From positions 73,175 to 125,949 of the forward strand of contig MU058035.1 in assembly GCA_013265495.1 (NCBI GenBank): a stretch of 52,775 nucleotides of DNA. Reading direction: 5' to 3'. The notes beneath the pieces are model-generated. The model was not told where the DNA came from and did not search any database. It saw only the letters and a list, made by a program, of their open reading frames with translations. The DNA is from Vicugna vicugna (lineage: Eukaryota). Made by a program: the position numbers and the translations under genes. Shown in pieces: positions 12,179 to 25,400 of the stretch (position 1 is the stretch's first letter; each line of letters begins with the position of its first letter).

Positions 12179-12433
12179 ATTCTACTTTTAAGCTTTTGAA
12201 CCTTCGAAGTACAGAAAACATTTTTCTCTAGTATGTTTTGACTAATAAACCTGTGCGATGTTCAGTGAGGATTCAGTTTTGAAGTCAGTCCAGGGGATGT
12301 ATGAATAATATCCAAAGTCTGAGTTGTCATCACAGTGTTACGAGAGGATAGTTATCTGTGAGATTATCTGATAACAGAAGCAAGTGTAGACTTGTCACTT
12401 AGAGCTCAAAAGAGATCTTAGAACTTTCTAGAT

Positions 12434-12579
12434 CAGTGGTTCCCAAAGGCTACTCAAGAACTGGGGCTCAGATTTTCAGTGGGGAATTTTATAAATAGTT
12501 GTCTAGTCCTCTGAGATATTAATTTTGGGGTGGGGCCTGGGCCTGAGAATTTGAGAATCCTTTAAAAAAAGAAAAACTG
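12434..12579. mobile_element. MER5-like hAT-Charlie relic
   Basis: CAGTGGTTCCCAAA start, ggggtggggcctg internal motif, ...aactg end. CTAGAT on both flanks fits the Charlie target preference. Confidence 0.6.
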
Positions 12580-14784
12580 CCTAGATTGTTAATTCAAAGC
12601 TAATGGTAACAATGATTATTAACACTTACTTCTTGACCCTCACGACTCCTACTTTCAAAATGTGGCCCCCATCTAAGTCAAGTACAAAGATTAGAATGTT
12701 GTCTTCATGCTGTTGCTAAATTAACATGATGAACATGCCAGAATATTAGCATTTTCTTGACTCCAAAGCAACATAATGTTTCCAACAAGTATTTTTCCAT
12801 TTGGTAAAGTGGCAATCTAACTTGGGACTTGATAAGCTACTGTCATTTTGAAGGAGGAAAAGTGTAGCCCCCCAAATTTTTATTTTTTGCAAATTGGCCT
12901 TTGTGCTGAAAAAGATCCTTGCCCTGCTACAAATATGGAAACTGAGGCACAAGGAGAGGAAATGAGTTGAATGAGGACATTATGGCACTCTTCAGATTCT
13001 GAATTGCTGAGAATTTTGTGCAGTTATCCCAACCTTCGTAGCATCACTGGAAGGCAAGAGGTTTATAAATGATCATTCTTCGTGCCTTCCATTCCCAGCA
13101 GTCTCTAATGTATCTAAAATGCTTTCTGTGTATTTGGGGTGATGTTTGGAAAAAGGATCCAGTAATCTGTCTGCCTTCATCAGGAGTATCTTTCAGTCAT
13201 TTCTTTGTACTTAATATGAACCTTATCAGATATACTAACTACTAACTGAGGTTTTCTGATTGTCCAGAAAAAATGTGTGACCTTAGGAGACGGGTCAGGA
13301 AGTCTGGATGATGTAAATACTCAGTAATAGTAAAAAAAAAAAAAATTGCAAGTTTAAAAATTGTAGATGTACTTCTGCTGTTAACTTGCGATTGGATAAA
13401 GACACCTCTCTGGAATTCCTTCTGGTTATAAAAAGAGCCCATCTTAATTGGCTTGTTTTTGTTTGTGGTTATAAACTATTCCAAACCTTCTGGTTTGAAT
13501 TGAGGATTATGGATTATTTCACTTTAGTCCTTCATAACCCCAAATTGAATTAAAAAAAAAGAAAGAGCAGAAGTTCTATTTTAAGCCTTTATAGCATTCG
13601 ACTAATAGTGATACTCAGTTCCCTTGGCCTCCCCTGCCTTTGCTAGAAATGTATATTGTGTCTCTGCATCCCTAGGTTTAGAGATCATAAATGCTTTGAA
13701 TGGATATGATTCCCTAAAAAACAATATCCTGGCATTTTGATTGGTTGGCAATGAGTATCCTTCTTTTACAGTCATATATCCAACTTCTCCTTCCAAACAT
13801 TTCAGAGTATGGGTCACCTACAGTGGAAGAGACAGAACTGAATGAGGTCGGCTGGTGAGCGAAGACACTTCAGTGTCTGGTGAAGCAATTACAGCGTGCA
13901 GAGTAGCTTGGGGTATTACCAGGATGTGTGTTGAGGGTGGTTTGCTAAAGTGATTTCCATTTGGCTAAACATTTGATAGCGAGCCAGAGGCAGTACATGG
14001 AGAGAGGTAGAGTAGGGAAATGGGTCTCGAGTAAATCTTACCCTAGAGGCAGAGGACCATGCAAGTGGTGCCTTCTAAGAATGTCGGGTTGCTGCCCTGC
14101 CTCTCTCCATGGGTGAGATGAGGTCGTGACTTTCCCAATTGGAAGAAGTCATTTGTCTTCTTGCTGGAAAGATCAGGCTTTGACATCAGATTCTGGTTTT
14201 GACATCATTTCAAGATCCTCTGAATCTAACCCTAGTTCTCTGGACAGACAAAGCCTCTTGCTTAATTCAAAATTCTTGAGGCCAAAGATGATGTCATGCA
14301 GCTTTGAAAGGCTCCAGTTCCTGGAGTACTACCAGGAAAAAAAAGTCATCTTCCTTGAATTCAGTCCGTCCTCAAGGTGTCCTGAGAAAAAGGCTGTTTC
14401 TCAAAGCAGCCTGGGTAACAGTGCTAGCAGGCAAACTCTTCTTTCTACTTCATACGTCCTACATGTTCTTAAGCTGTGGAAGCACTAATATCCTAAAAGA
14501 TTTGACTGCTGTTTCCTCACTAGGTCACAAAAATACCGAAACGATTTCATCCTCGCAACCTCAAAGGTAGAAAAATCAAGGCTCCAAGACTGTTCTTGGA
14601 TTAAAATAATTTTCCAATTTTAACTGACAGGATATTTTCAGCAAATAAAATTATGGGAGGGACAGATTCCTTTCCCACTCACTGGGCCCATTTTCTTGGC
14701 AGGGATTGGCATTGGTGAGAGTTAGTTTCAGGCTATCTTTAAAATACCACCTGAATTCTAAAGAGCAGTTTGAAAACCACTATA

Positions 14785-15061
14785 CAGTCGGCCCTCCATA
14801 CCTTCTGGTTCCACATCCACAGATTCAACCAACCGCAGATCGAAAATATTAGGGAATAAAATGCCAGGAAACTCCAAAAAAGCAAAACTTGAATTTGCTG
14901 GGCACTGGTAACTATTTGTATAGAATTTACATTGTATTCGGCATTATAAGTAATCCAGAAAATGATTTAAAGTTTACAGAAGGACGTGCATACATTATAT
15001 GCAGATTTGAGCATCTGAATTTTGGTGTCTGTCAGGGTCCTTGGATACAGAGGGGTGACTG
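14785..15061. mobile_element. MER2/MER2B-like TcMar-Tigger non-autonomous DNA transposon
   Basis: Terminal inverted repeats CAGTCGGCCCTCCATACC and GGATACAGAGGGGTGACTG, with TA duplicated on both sides (14783-14784, 15062-15063). Internal gattcaaccaaccgcagatcgaaaatatt motif. Confidence 0.85.
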
Positions 15062-16439
15062 TATTTATAAAGCAGTGAAAACTTTATGGACATGAGAGGT
15101 GTAGAGTGCTTTTCAGAGTTTCTTGGGTCTTACTCACACTAGGGAAAGAAGTAACTATCAAGTGCCTTCAAAGTAAGGCTAAGTCTCAAATGCACCTAGA
15201 ATGATTTACTTGGGTGTGGTCTGCTCAGCTCAGTTTTTCATCTTGCTTCATGGTTAATTGTAGGGGTTATAATTCCTGCTCAGTTGTGAACCCTGGAAAG
15301 CAGGAACATTTCTTTCCTCTCACACGATGCCTCCATCCTACCCATTCTACCTCTGTGCCTCTGGACCTGGCACAGCACCCTCAAATGGTGAGCAGTAGAG
15401 GACAGGCTGATGTCATCTCAGTGAGGGCCTTAAAGGGGTGACAGGGTAAGCACAATCCAAGAGAGACAACTGCTTGGAGAGAGCCAGAGTTTCTTGTATC
15501 TTTAAAAACCCTAACATAATAGGTCAGGTTGAAACATGAACATGACCTGGAGACCTGAGACTTAATGAGAGAGTTGATTAAACTAGCCTTGCGGCTAGAT
15601 CAGCCTTCCTAGCTGAATGAGGCTGGGGGCCAGACACCAGGAGGCAGACACTGGTTCTGCCCTGGATGGGTTTTTTAGAGCTTCCACACATCTGGAGAGG
15701 ACACTGGACAGCAGAATAAAAACTGTAAGCAAATGCCACGCAGGCACAAGGAAAGCAGGTCAGTACGGAAGGCAGGTGTACACAGGCAGGAGCACGATGC
15801 CCAGGAGTGTCCCAGGGGGACGGCTCGGGTCCTTCCCGCTCCCTGTGTAGGGCTCGGAGACCCACTGTGGGCTGGACAATGGGAGGAAATAGACATTTCT
15901 TGCTGTAGAGCCCATGGTCAGCGTTTGAATGAAAAGCGCATCTGGGCACAAGAAGTGGAGATGTGTACCCAGGAGAACTGTGTGCTTAAGAGCATTTAGC
16001 TGTTGGAAAGAGCACATTTTATGACTTTCCTGTGGAAAGAAAATATCTCAAAATGGCCTGATTCATCCAGGCTGACTGGTGGAAGTTCAGTAAACAGAGA
16101 GACCACTTCCTTAAAGGCCCAGCCCTTGTGTTCACTCCAGATGAACCCTGAATGTAAAAAACTGTACTTAAACACCAGAACCTGCTAGCAGGGGTGCTAA
16201 CACAGACCCCTAGCCAGCTGCACATGGCTTATTAACACAGACTGGTGATTGATGCTGGCTTCCTGCTGCCGCAATTTCAATTCTAGTGTTTTTTTTTTTC
16301 CTTTTGATAATTCTTTCTTTCTTTATTCTTAAAGAAGCTTTGTCATTTCTGTGACAGACAGGTGTTTTAACAGGGCATTCCCTGGTCTGGATGATAGTGA
16401 GGGGGGAACATGGCCAGTTTCCACACATTAAGTATCCCT

Positions 16440-16655
16440 CTCAGCAGTCATCACTTGCTCATTATATTTTTCACAACCCATATTACTTTGTGTATCTGTT
16501 TGATCACTTGTTTATTTTTGGTGTCTGCGACTAGGATGCATCTGTCTTGGGTGTTGTGTTTTCACTGTTGTGTCCCAGCTGCCAGGACAGTACCCAACAA
16601 ATAGGAGATGCTTACTAAGTGTTTGGTGAGTGAATTGATGAGTGAATGGATGGAT
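16440..16655 (+). mobile_element. L2 3' end relic
   Basis: ttcactgttgtgtcccagctgccaggacagtacccaacaaataggagatgct...tgagtgaatggatgga tail. Confidence 0.65.
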
Positions 16656-16984
16656 TTTGCCCTGACTGGGACTTATCTGTGATGCAGTACTGAACCTCTG
16701 TTTTAACTAGAGAGAAAAGTGGGCAGGGTGGAAGGAACCACAGTTTTGATGGATATTTTAAGAGTACAATCTCAGAGCACTGTTGACTCAGCCCACTCCC
16801 TCAGATTCTTGCTGACCCCTTAGCTATGCTATTTCTGTACTAGTGAGAGACCTATAGCTCTAAACAGAGAAGCTCTGAGTCCCACAGTCCTCTGCCTCCT
16901 TTGAAACAAAAGGCCCCAGAGTTCTGTATAATTCCCCTACTCCAAGTATGAGCTATTCATCAAGTCATTCTGATATAGAATGGA

Positions 16985-17210
16985 GACTGCTTTGATGTAG
17001 TGGAAAAAAGTCTGCTCTTGGGACACTATAAGACATCGGTATGAGTCCTGGCATTTCCCCTCTGCTGCTCTGTGTCCTTAGACAAGTTGTGCAGCCTCTC
17101 TGAGTCTTGCTTCCTTTGTGAATGAGATTCCTGTAATCTGCCTCACAGGCTGATGGGAGGATTAAATGATACCATGGATGCAAAAACTCTTTATAAAATA
17201 TGAAATACAG
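16985..17210 (+). mobile_element. MIR SINE relic
   Basis: tgtagtggaaaaaag...tgtgtccttagacaagtt...cctctctgagtctt...cctcacaggctgatgggaggattaaatga. Confidence 0.75.
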
Positions 17211-18494
17211 TACACACAAGAGATACAAGGATGACAAGAGTGATGGTTTCTTCCTGAAGTGACTGTGGAAACGTAGGCTGTTTTCTGGCCCTGCTTGGCT
17301 CTCTAGGGCCCACATACCTCATCTGGAGGAAGGGAATGTAGAGGTTTATTTCAAGGGGTCTCAATATTCCAAGGGCTTTGGGGAGTAACGTAGATACTTG
17401 GAAGGGGATCCTATTCCTTCTGTGACACACAGGCCTAGAATAAGTTAGCCTGAAACTATTATTTAAAAGGTTGGAGGGAGATTGTAATTAAATATAAAAT
17501 AATTACCAAAATATGTATTTTGAGTGTTTTAAGAGCGGCTTGAAAACATTTATTATAATCTAAACCAAGCTGCACATAAAGGATTTTATTTTTACTTACA
17601 CCTGCTAGTAGATATAAGAGGTGGTTCTGTCTAGTGAGAACTATTGAAACAAATTGGTTCAAGAATGCTTCGTGGGAAACTGAACAATGCAGAACTCACA
17701 CTGTCTCAAGGTCCTCCTTGGGCCTGTTGAGAAGGCTTTATGGAAATGAATTAGGGCTTCTTTTTATTTGAAATGGAAAGGGTACCATTTACACTGTAAT
17801 ATTTAACCACCCTCCTACTCCTGAGATTACAATTACAGAGCCCCTGTTTGCAAGTTGAGATTTTTTTTCATGCATTGCTGCCCTTAGCCCCTAAGTGAAC
17901 TCCACGGGCAGCTCTGCGGGTGTTTTTCAAAAGGAACCTCCTGTTCTGATTGTTTAAATGCCACTGGCACCTCTGCCACGCCCTGCCCCCTGCACATTCC
18001 AATAGCTGAGTTTTCCTGGAGCCCTGTTTAGAAACATTCACAAGGACCTCAGAATTTAGCTCTGTCTTCCCAGTTTCAAGGAAATGCTAGATTGCTCAGA
18101 TGTAGTAAATGACGTGGTTTTCCCAAATTAATCATTTGCCAGATCATGCATCTGTTATTTTGTAAAATCTTAATTTATGTACAAAAATAAAATTAAAGAA
18201 AAAAAATAAAACAAGACCATAGTATGCCTTTTGGTATACTGCAAGCTGTTTGCTTTTATTCACCCAACTCAGTAAAACACAAAGCTTGCATTTTAACTTT
18301 GGAATATGTTAATTTTCATAGGATTTGATCGATATTCCACTTTCCTGACCTAAGCAAATAAAAATAAACAGCTTGCGACATAGACAGTTTCAGATTCTGG
18401 TTTTGTTTTGGTGGTTAGAGGAGCTGGCATAAAAATGTAGCCTAAGATGATGATACATTTCATGACCAGTTTGATCACTTTAATTTGTGTAGTA

Positions 18495-18632
18495 ATTTTT
18501 TTATTTTTAAAGTAGGCAACACATCATAGTTCAAAAATCAGAAGATACAAAAAAGCATGCTTTGTGAAAACTGTCTGTACTTGTGTACTCAGCCACCCAT
18601 TACCGAATCCCTCAAGTAACCAATGTTAATTC
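18495..18632 (-). mobile_element. Old L1 (L1M-type) 3' fragment
   Basis: T-rich start followed by catagttcaaaaatcagaagatacaaaaaag...gtaaccaatgttaat, typical of reversed L1ME/L1MC 3' ends. Confidence 0.4.
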
Positions 18633-19005
18633 TGATTCATTTAAACAGAGGGACTAAGATACATTTTAGCTGAAATCTTATTTTGATGCTGTATCACATG
18701 ACATAAAGGAACAGTGTATAAGGGCGAATAACTACATGAACATCCAGGGAGCTGCCTTACATAAAAATGCACTGAGGGTGACAAATATAGAGCCCAAAGC
18801 AGAATTCCATTTTTACTGTAAAGAAAAGTGCTGAAAGTGAGATCTTACTGTAAGCCCACAAGTCTCCCCATATACTCATTTGGACTTCTCTGTATCTGGG
18901 TTTCCAGAACAGACTGTTCTCTTCTGACTGTTGCATATGTATTGAATCCTGGCACTGCGAATCTCTCATGATGCAAGACTGAATTTCCCGTTGCCGTTTT
19001 TTCAG

Positions 19006-19103
19006 ATAACAGCCCGCCGTCAATGGAAACATATTTATGATGAATTAGGTGGTAATCCTGGGAGCACCAGCGCCGCCACTTGTACCCGCAGACATTATGA
19101 AAG
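19006..19103 (+). CDS. ARID5B: ARID5B coding exon (exon 8 equivalent), 98 bp: ITARRQWKHIYDELGGNPGSTSAATCTRRHYE(R)
   Basis: Acceptor ttttttcAG at 19004-19005, donor AG|GTAAGA at 19104. Encodes the ARID helix-turn-helix region. Confidence 0.97.
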
Positions 19104-21212
19104 GTAAGAAAGCCTCTCCTGGAAAGTCCTTAATTAAAAGTGTGTTAGTTGGAAGTTAATTGGTCAAGGAGATAAGACCTTTCAGGAAACAAAAAATAAC
19201 CCTCTGATATTTTACTTTGCGTACTGCATTGTGATTTTTAGGGAACATGGCTTTCTCTGGTTACAGGGGCTAAAACTGGATAATACTTTCTTCCCCCGCA
19301 AGCAAAGATTACTCAGTGTGTTCTCTGTACTCTGTGGGTTCATTTACTATGAGAACTTTTAGTTTCTGGAAGACATAGGTCTGCAGTGTTCCTGGGAGGT
19401 TGCCATGTAACTCTATTGACAATGAAATGTATTAACGTTGAATATATTAATATTGAAAAGTAAGCACTTCTTTAATAAGAAAATTGGCCCCAGATAAGAC
19501 CCGTTGTTTTTCCCATCTTGGTTTTTCCCTTCTATGCTTTTGACCCAGAAAATCCTTTCTTGCCATGCTTGAGGGGGTTTGGTTTTCTAACAATTTCAGC
19601 TTCTCTCAGAAAGGTGATGATAATGCAAACAAGAAGTAACGCCAAATTAGCCTATTATGAAGGTTGTAGCCACAGGACTGTTTCCCCTTTGCCTTAGGAC
19701 TGTGTTACCCACAACACTGAAGACCAGTTAGCATAAATTCGCGCATCATCCTTGCTCTGCGCTTCGAGCCTGCGCCTCATTTGTTTGGGTCAAACCGACT
19801 TCCTTATCACTGGCATTCCCTGTGGAAGCGTGGACTGATTCAGCTTCCTGGTTTCAAATTCAGAGTTCGTGAGATCCAAGTAGAGGTGTCTGTGTGCGTT
19901 TAATAATGGCCATCGATGGAGTAAGGTCAAAACATAGTCAGCAGAGCAAACAGGCCAGTCAGCTTGCTTGTTTAAAAAATAAAACTCAAGTGCTAAATAT
20001 GAGGGCTGTTCTTCGCATAGTCAGTTATCATTCCAACTTCAACCCAGCTGCCTCACGCCCATCTCTGGATCATACAAATGCATCTTCAGATAATGTCATG
20101 TGACACATCAACTCATAGTCTTATGAGTCCAATTATATTTTTATCTGTATTGCATTTAACACAGAGCCTCTTTTAGGGCAGCCATTCAGTGAAACTTAGA
20201 ATGTTTTTATAGGTATAATCATAGTCAATTGAGTTGGGTTTAGTACCCCATGAAAAATTCCCACAAAGTATCCCCAAGAGATTGCCTTACTTGACAGTGT
20301 TATAATCCAGAATGATTTTTAAAAAATTGATAATAGGAATTCAAATGATTACTCTTCATAGCACTGTTTGCAGTGTAGTGCATGGATCTTTTTTAATGTG
20401 AGTGTATTTCTCCTGGCATTTAATACAGAAGCCTGCACACTCACTGTACATAACAGGTACACCACTGACGTTCTTGTACAAAAAGGCACTGGTGTCTCGG
20501 GTGAGTGTTCTGTAAACAGTGTCTGAGGTAACACAGTTAACTTATTTCGGCTTAGGAGCCAAGGCTGTAATGAAAACATTTTCATTAGAAGCAGTCTCTA
20601 CTTTCAAATAGTTTTCATCATAATAGTGAACCTCACTTAGTTCCATGTGCAAATGTCCCCAACATGTGAACCATCACACTTGAAGGACCAGAGAGCAATT
20701 AAAACCTGGAAAAGGAGTGTATCTCAGCTGTGAACTAGCTCACCTAGTTAGAGTGAAAAATGAACCAAACATACTACAAAGCATCACATGGGTGAAAAAC
20801 AGATATGGTTTGGGATGGAAAAAGGATTGGACTTAATAGTAGCATGTACATGTGTGTGTGTGTTTGGCTGTGTGTTTACTCAAGCAGTTATGTGGATAAA
20901 AATAGCCTCAACCCTAAATGAAATGCCAAGATATGTTCTTTTGAAGGTTGTGTACTTCTGTTTCACGATTAAACTCTTACTGGAGTAGCAGAATCCCATA
21001 TGCCTTCAGTCAGTCAAATTGGAAAATTCTAATAGACATACCTCGAACTTGATCAATTAAAAAACATTATTGAAGAATTTTAAATAATTACTCTTCTCTC
21101 CTCATCCTTGGGAGCAGACTGATATTTCATAAAGGTTTGGTCTTCTGCTGGAATGAATTTTTTGAAAAGCTGTATCAATTATTCTTCCAAATCTATAATT
21201 TGTTTGGTCAGT

Positions 21213-21810
21213 ATATCAGACAGGCGGGATCCAGGAAGGAAAATAAAATCCACAGTAGGGATTCAACAAAGAGAATTTATTACAGAGAATTGCTTAAACA
21301 AGTGCTGGGTGAAGTGGTGCATTAATAGGGAGGTGATAACTGTAGGTTCCCCGGGGCTGAGGGAAGAGAGAAAAGAGGCTGGGCACTCACCGCCCGGAAG
21401 TTCGCAGGCGTCACCGAGCTGGGTCCAGACCCTCCCAGGGAGCGTGCCCAGCCAGTGCAGAGCAGGAGCGGTGCGGAGCTGGGTGCAGACTGAGGAGGCC
21501 ATGCTCTAAAGTGGTGCTGGGCTGCAGAGGAAATGCACTGAAACTTTTCTGGGACCGTTGAAAGAAGCTAGGGGCTGGAAGCAACTGCTGCTGCTAAGTG
21601 ATTGTTGGCTTGGCCGTGAAATGAACAGCAAGCAAAATAGAAGGCGGTCCCTTCTCCCTTCCCCGGGCCTGCTGGGGCCCCACTGGTAGAACCCCAATAG
21701 GAAGACAGCTGGCAAAAGAGACAGGTCATTTGCAGAGTCCCAGGCCCAGCATCCCCTGACGGAGCACAGAAGAGTGGGTTTGGAGTTGAGAGACAATGGT
21801 CAGCGGCCAA
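21213..21810. mobile_element. Ancient ERVL-class solo LTR (LTR33/LTR78-like)
   Basis: Start ...ccacagtagggattcaacaaagagaatttattacagagaattg and end gtcccttctccc...cagctggcaaaagaga...tttgcagagtccca...gtgggtttggagttgagagacaat resemble recalled LTR33-group consensus. Confidence 0.65.
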
Positions 21811-24388
21811 GTGGGACCCCCAACATAGAAATCCCTGCACAGAACCCAAAACCAAGGTTAGAGCACAGCTGTTCCAGGGCCATCAGCGAGGTCCTTCACC
21901 TGTTCTCGGCATTTCCTTTTGCCATCTAAGTCCCTATGGCATTGTTGTGGTCAGATACCAGGGGTGTCATGAATAATCAGTCATTTCTAATAGTTAACTA
22001 CCGAAATTTGCAGATGATTGATTTTTTTCTTTTAAATCAGACTGTTTACCATAATGCCAGTCTCGCTCATTTGAACCATGCTCTCACAGGAGTCACCCTA
22101 CCCCTGTGTGCTGTGGTGGGGACAGAAGTCTGGGAAGTACTGCCCTCAGTGTCTTCCTCCTCTTTGATGGTTCTATCAAAGAAGGCAAGGGCACACGCAG
22201 ACCTGTCCAGGGACTGGAAACTCTTATGGTCAAAGAAGGGGCTGGCGCTCTCAGCTAAAACAGTGTTTAGTGGCTATGGCAGATTTCATTCATTCTTGCT
22301 AGTTAACAGGCGGTGCTAACACCATCCGAACAAAGATAATTAGCTTGGTGAAGGGCCATTGTTTTCATGAAGGTTCAAGGAGATGTAAAGGGTCAGGATT
22401 TTGTGAGCAGATGTCTAGTCTGGAGATGCCATTAGCAGTGTTTTAAGCCTTCTAAGCTAGATGAGGATGACTGCAGTTCTGCCTCTGCTGCCGGTTCATC
22501 CCGTCTCTCATTCTCACCCTAATGTAGAGACTTGAGTCCTTTTCTTACCTCCCTACCACCCGCTTTGCTTTCCTAGAAGACGACGAAGCAGTGAGTGATC
22601 TACTGCGCATTATCCACTGATTTATTTTTCATGCAGTGTGGTTCATGTTTCCAGTAACTGTTTGCATTTTCCAATGAGAAAAAAGTAGTTCGGTTCCTCA
22701 GTAAATGTTACTTGTATATTAGTTGGGTACTTTTGGTTTATTAATGAGTGTAATAATGAAAGTGCGGGTTGTTGAAAAGAATCAATAGGTGTTTTTATTT
22801 AAGGCAGAGCAGAAACGGTACAATGCCCATGAATGCATCATTGTCGCTGAAGCCTCGACTCGCCCAAACTTGCCTCTGATTGGTTTAAGTCAAATCAGTC
22901 CAAGCACTTCATAAAAATGTCTTTGTCAGCCTGGTTTTACTTCCAAACCTATTCATCTCTGTCAGTTTTTAATATTAGCACCAGGCTCCTGGCCACAGCC
23001 CATTAGTACTGTACTTAATTGCTCATGTTACAGGTGATCACCAATATAAAAAGCATTCATGTTTCCCTGTTGCTATGTAGATGTCTCAAAGTCAGCAGAG
23101 CTTATGAAGTGTGGTTATTCTAGACAGTTCTTGTCCAGGATTTATAGGTACATTTACTGGAGATTATAATGCAAAGAAAAAAGACCACCTCCCCCTGAGC
23201 AGGACACTTCTAAGTGGAACATTTTCTTTCTTGTCTAGCTCTGCATTTAAGATGCCCCAAATCGCTTTCTATTATCAGTAAAGGAACAAGAAGGGAAAGG
23301 TTACTTTAATGGATTCTCTTAGCTTGATTTTCTGGAATAGTAATTCACTTTAAAGACTTTGTTTTCACATGCAGATTTGTTTTCTTGTTTTCTTTTTTTA
23401 ATGTTTTTTAAGCACATGCAAAGGGGAAAAATCTTTACACAGAGTACCAGATTACTGGTTTTAATTTTCCTGAATAAATTACACGGTCTGTTTCTGTGGA
23501 ACACATGAAGTTGTTACCAGGGATTTAAAAAGGAGCATTAAGGCAAAAGTACTTTATAATGTGCTTTTCTGAGTATTTAGAAAATCAGACTCATAAACAA
23601 ATGTGTATTTGTTTGTGGGAGAAATGAACAGTTAGGCTTCATCTTCTTGCATACTTAATGCCCAATTTCAAATTCTAACCTTTTGCTTTTCCCATAAGCA
23701 TTCCTAGGGCAAGACTGTCATGCCACAGGGCTGAGGCAGCTTCCTTTGCAGTGACTTGGGGTGAGCTGTGCGTAAGCCAGACACATTTGGTCAGAACCCG
23801 AGTGACAGTCAGCTGGAGCTTCGACCTTTTTTTCTCTGAAGGTGGAAGGCAGGCAGTGGGAGGTTTGTGTTTTGAGTAAGATAAGTATGCGCTTTAAGGT
23901 AAATGCCAAAAATAGACCAGGTTCTAAGGAACTCAGCTAATCATATTGCGGGCAAAAGCCAAGGGAAAGTAAGGCGAGTTATGGTTCTGTTCACGTCCAG
24001 GACAAGGGCTGGTGTCTTCTTGCTCGTTTTGACACCCTGGAAGTTAATCAGCACGCAGTTCAGAGGCCACAGGCAAGGTCTCAGCAGCACAGACTTGAGG
24101 GTCCGTCTGCAGTCACCCAGTGAGGTTTCCCAGCCCATCTGTGTTCTGTGAACAGAGCAGCCACGAACGAGCACTGATACGCTTATGCAGCAGTTGGCCA
24201 GAAAAATTTTTTGTCACTTGAATAGGATTTTAAAAATTGGGGCTTGTATTTTGTTTGTCTTTTAAATTTTTTCATTTTTCTGGTAATTCACTTTTATGGT
24301 ATTTTACAGAAGTATCAGTCAGTAACAGACAGGAGATTTAGGAAGCTAGACCCTCTCACCCAGTCAGTGGAGAAAGACTGCTCCACAC

Positions 24389-24635
24389 CAGTGGTCACAA
24401 ACTCAGATATCATCAGGGGCAGGTAGCACAGGTAAGCGCAGGCGACGGGGCTGGGAAACTGGCGCACACAGCCCGGCCAGGGGCACCTAGGACACGTTCC
24501 ATGTTTTGGAGATAATTTTTACGTGAAATCACCTGACTTAGAAATACTGGCTCCAGTACTTCTGAAAATATTTTAAGTAAGCTAAACTAAACATGCCCTG
24601 GGCAAGATGTAGCCTACAGGCTGCGGTGCTGGGTG
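24389..24635 (-). mobile_element. MER102-like hAT DNA transposon relic
   Basis: cagtggtcacaaactcaga...caggggcaggta...tttttacgtgaaatcac...tagcctacaggctgc matches reversed MER102. Confidence 0.6.
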
Positions 24636-25289
24636 AGGACTGAATTATCTCTGGCACTGGGCTTGGAAGCGCACAGAAGAGGCGCCACTGAAGGCACCCT
24701 CCATCTCTGCACTCTTCCTCCTGCTGAGCCAGACCCCTGTGGCGTCCCACTGATGCTCCCTAAGCCTCCTGGGGCCGACTGATTCTGCGCACTCCCTTTT
24801 CTCAGTGACAGGCCTCTGTACACTTGGCAAAGCTCCTCTGTCACTTCAGGTCTTCCTATTCCATTCATCCAAGCCTCAGAGCACAGTTTATGGACTTTCA
24901 CCAGCATGGCCTGCATCCTGTAGATGCCTCCCTCTTGTGTCCTTCAGAGGACCCAGAGCTACTCCAGATGTGGCATGCGGTACTTCTTGGGATGTGGGCA
25001 GTGTCAGTCTATCAGCATAGCCTAGGACTACATTTGAAATGAGTAAGGAAGCCCTCTCCTAGTGGCCAGTGTCTTTTTCTTGGATCGGATAAATTTGCCA
25101 TTTAATTGACTGCCTGTTTCCTTTGCTGTTGCCCTCAACTCCTACCAGCTCATTAGAACTGTGACCCCTGGCTTATCTAACTTATCATAGGATACAACTC
25201 ATAGTCCATACATACGTGAAAGAGAGTTAAATATTTAAGGCTATAAAAAAAACCTTAGGTAAGTAAGTAAGTTATAGATACAAATAGTA

Positions 25290-25400
25290 AGTTCAACAGG
25301 GATCAAAGAAAGAGGAGAGAGATTTCCAAGTAGCACAAGCAAAGTCTTCCAGGAGGACCTTGAATTTGAACTGGATCTTGAAGAGATTAGGTTAGAACTT
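25290..25400 (-). mobile_element. L2 fragment
   Basis: aaagtcttccaggaggaccttgaatttgaactggatcttgaag is a typical reversed-L2 motif. Confidence 0.45.

Noticed and set aside
14186..14201. 16-bp sequence TCAGATTCTGGTTTTG repeated at 18390-18405
   Set aside because: One match of this length in 52 kb of AT-rich DNA is compatible with chance, and the similarity does not extend.
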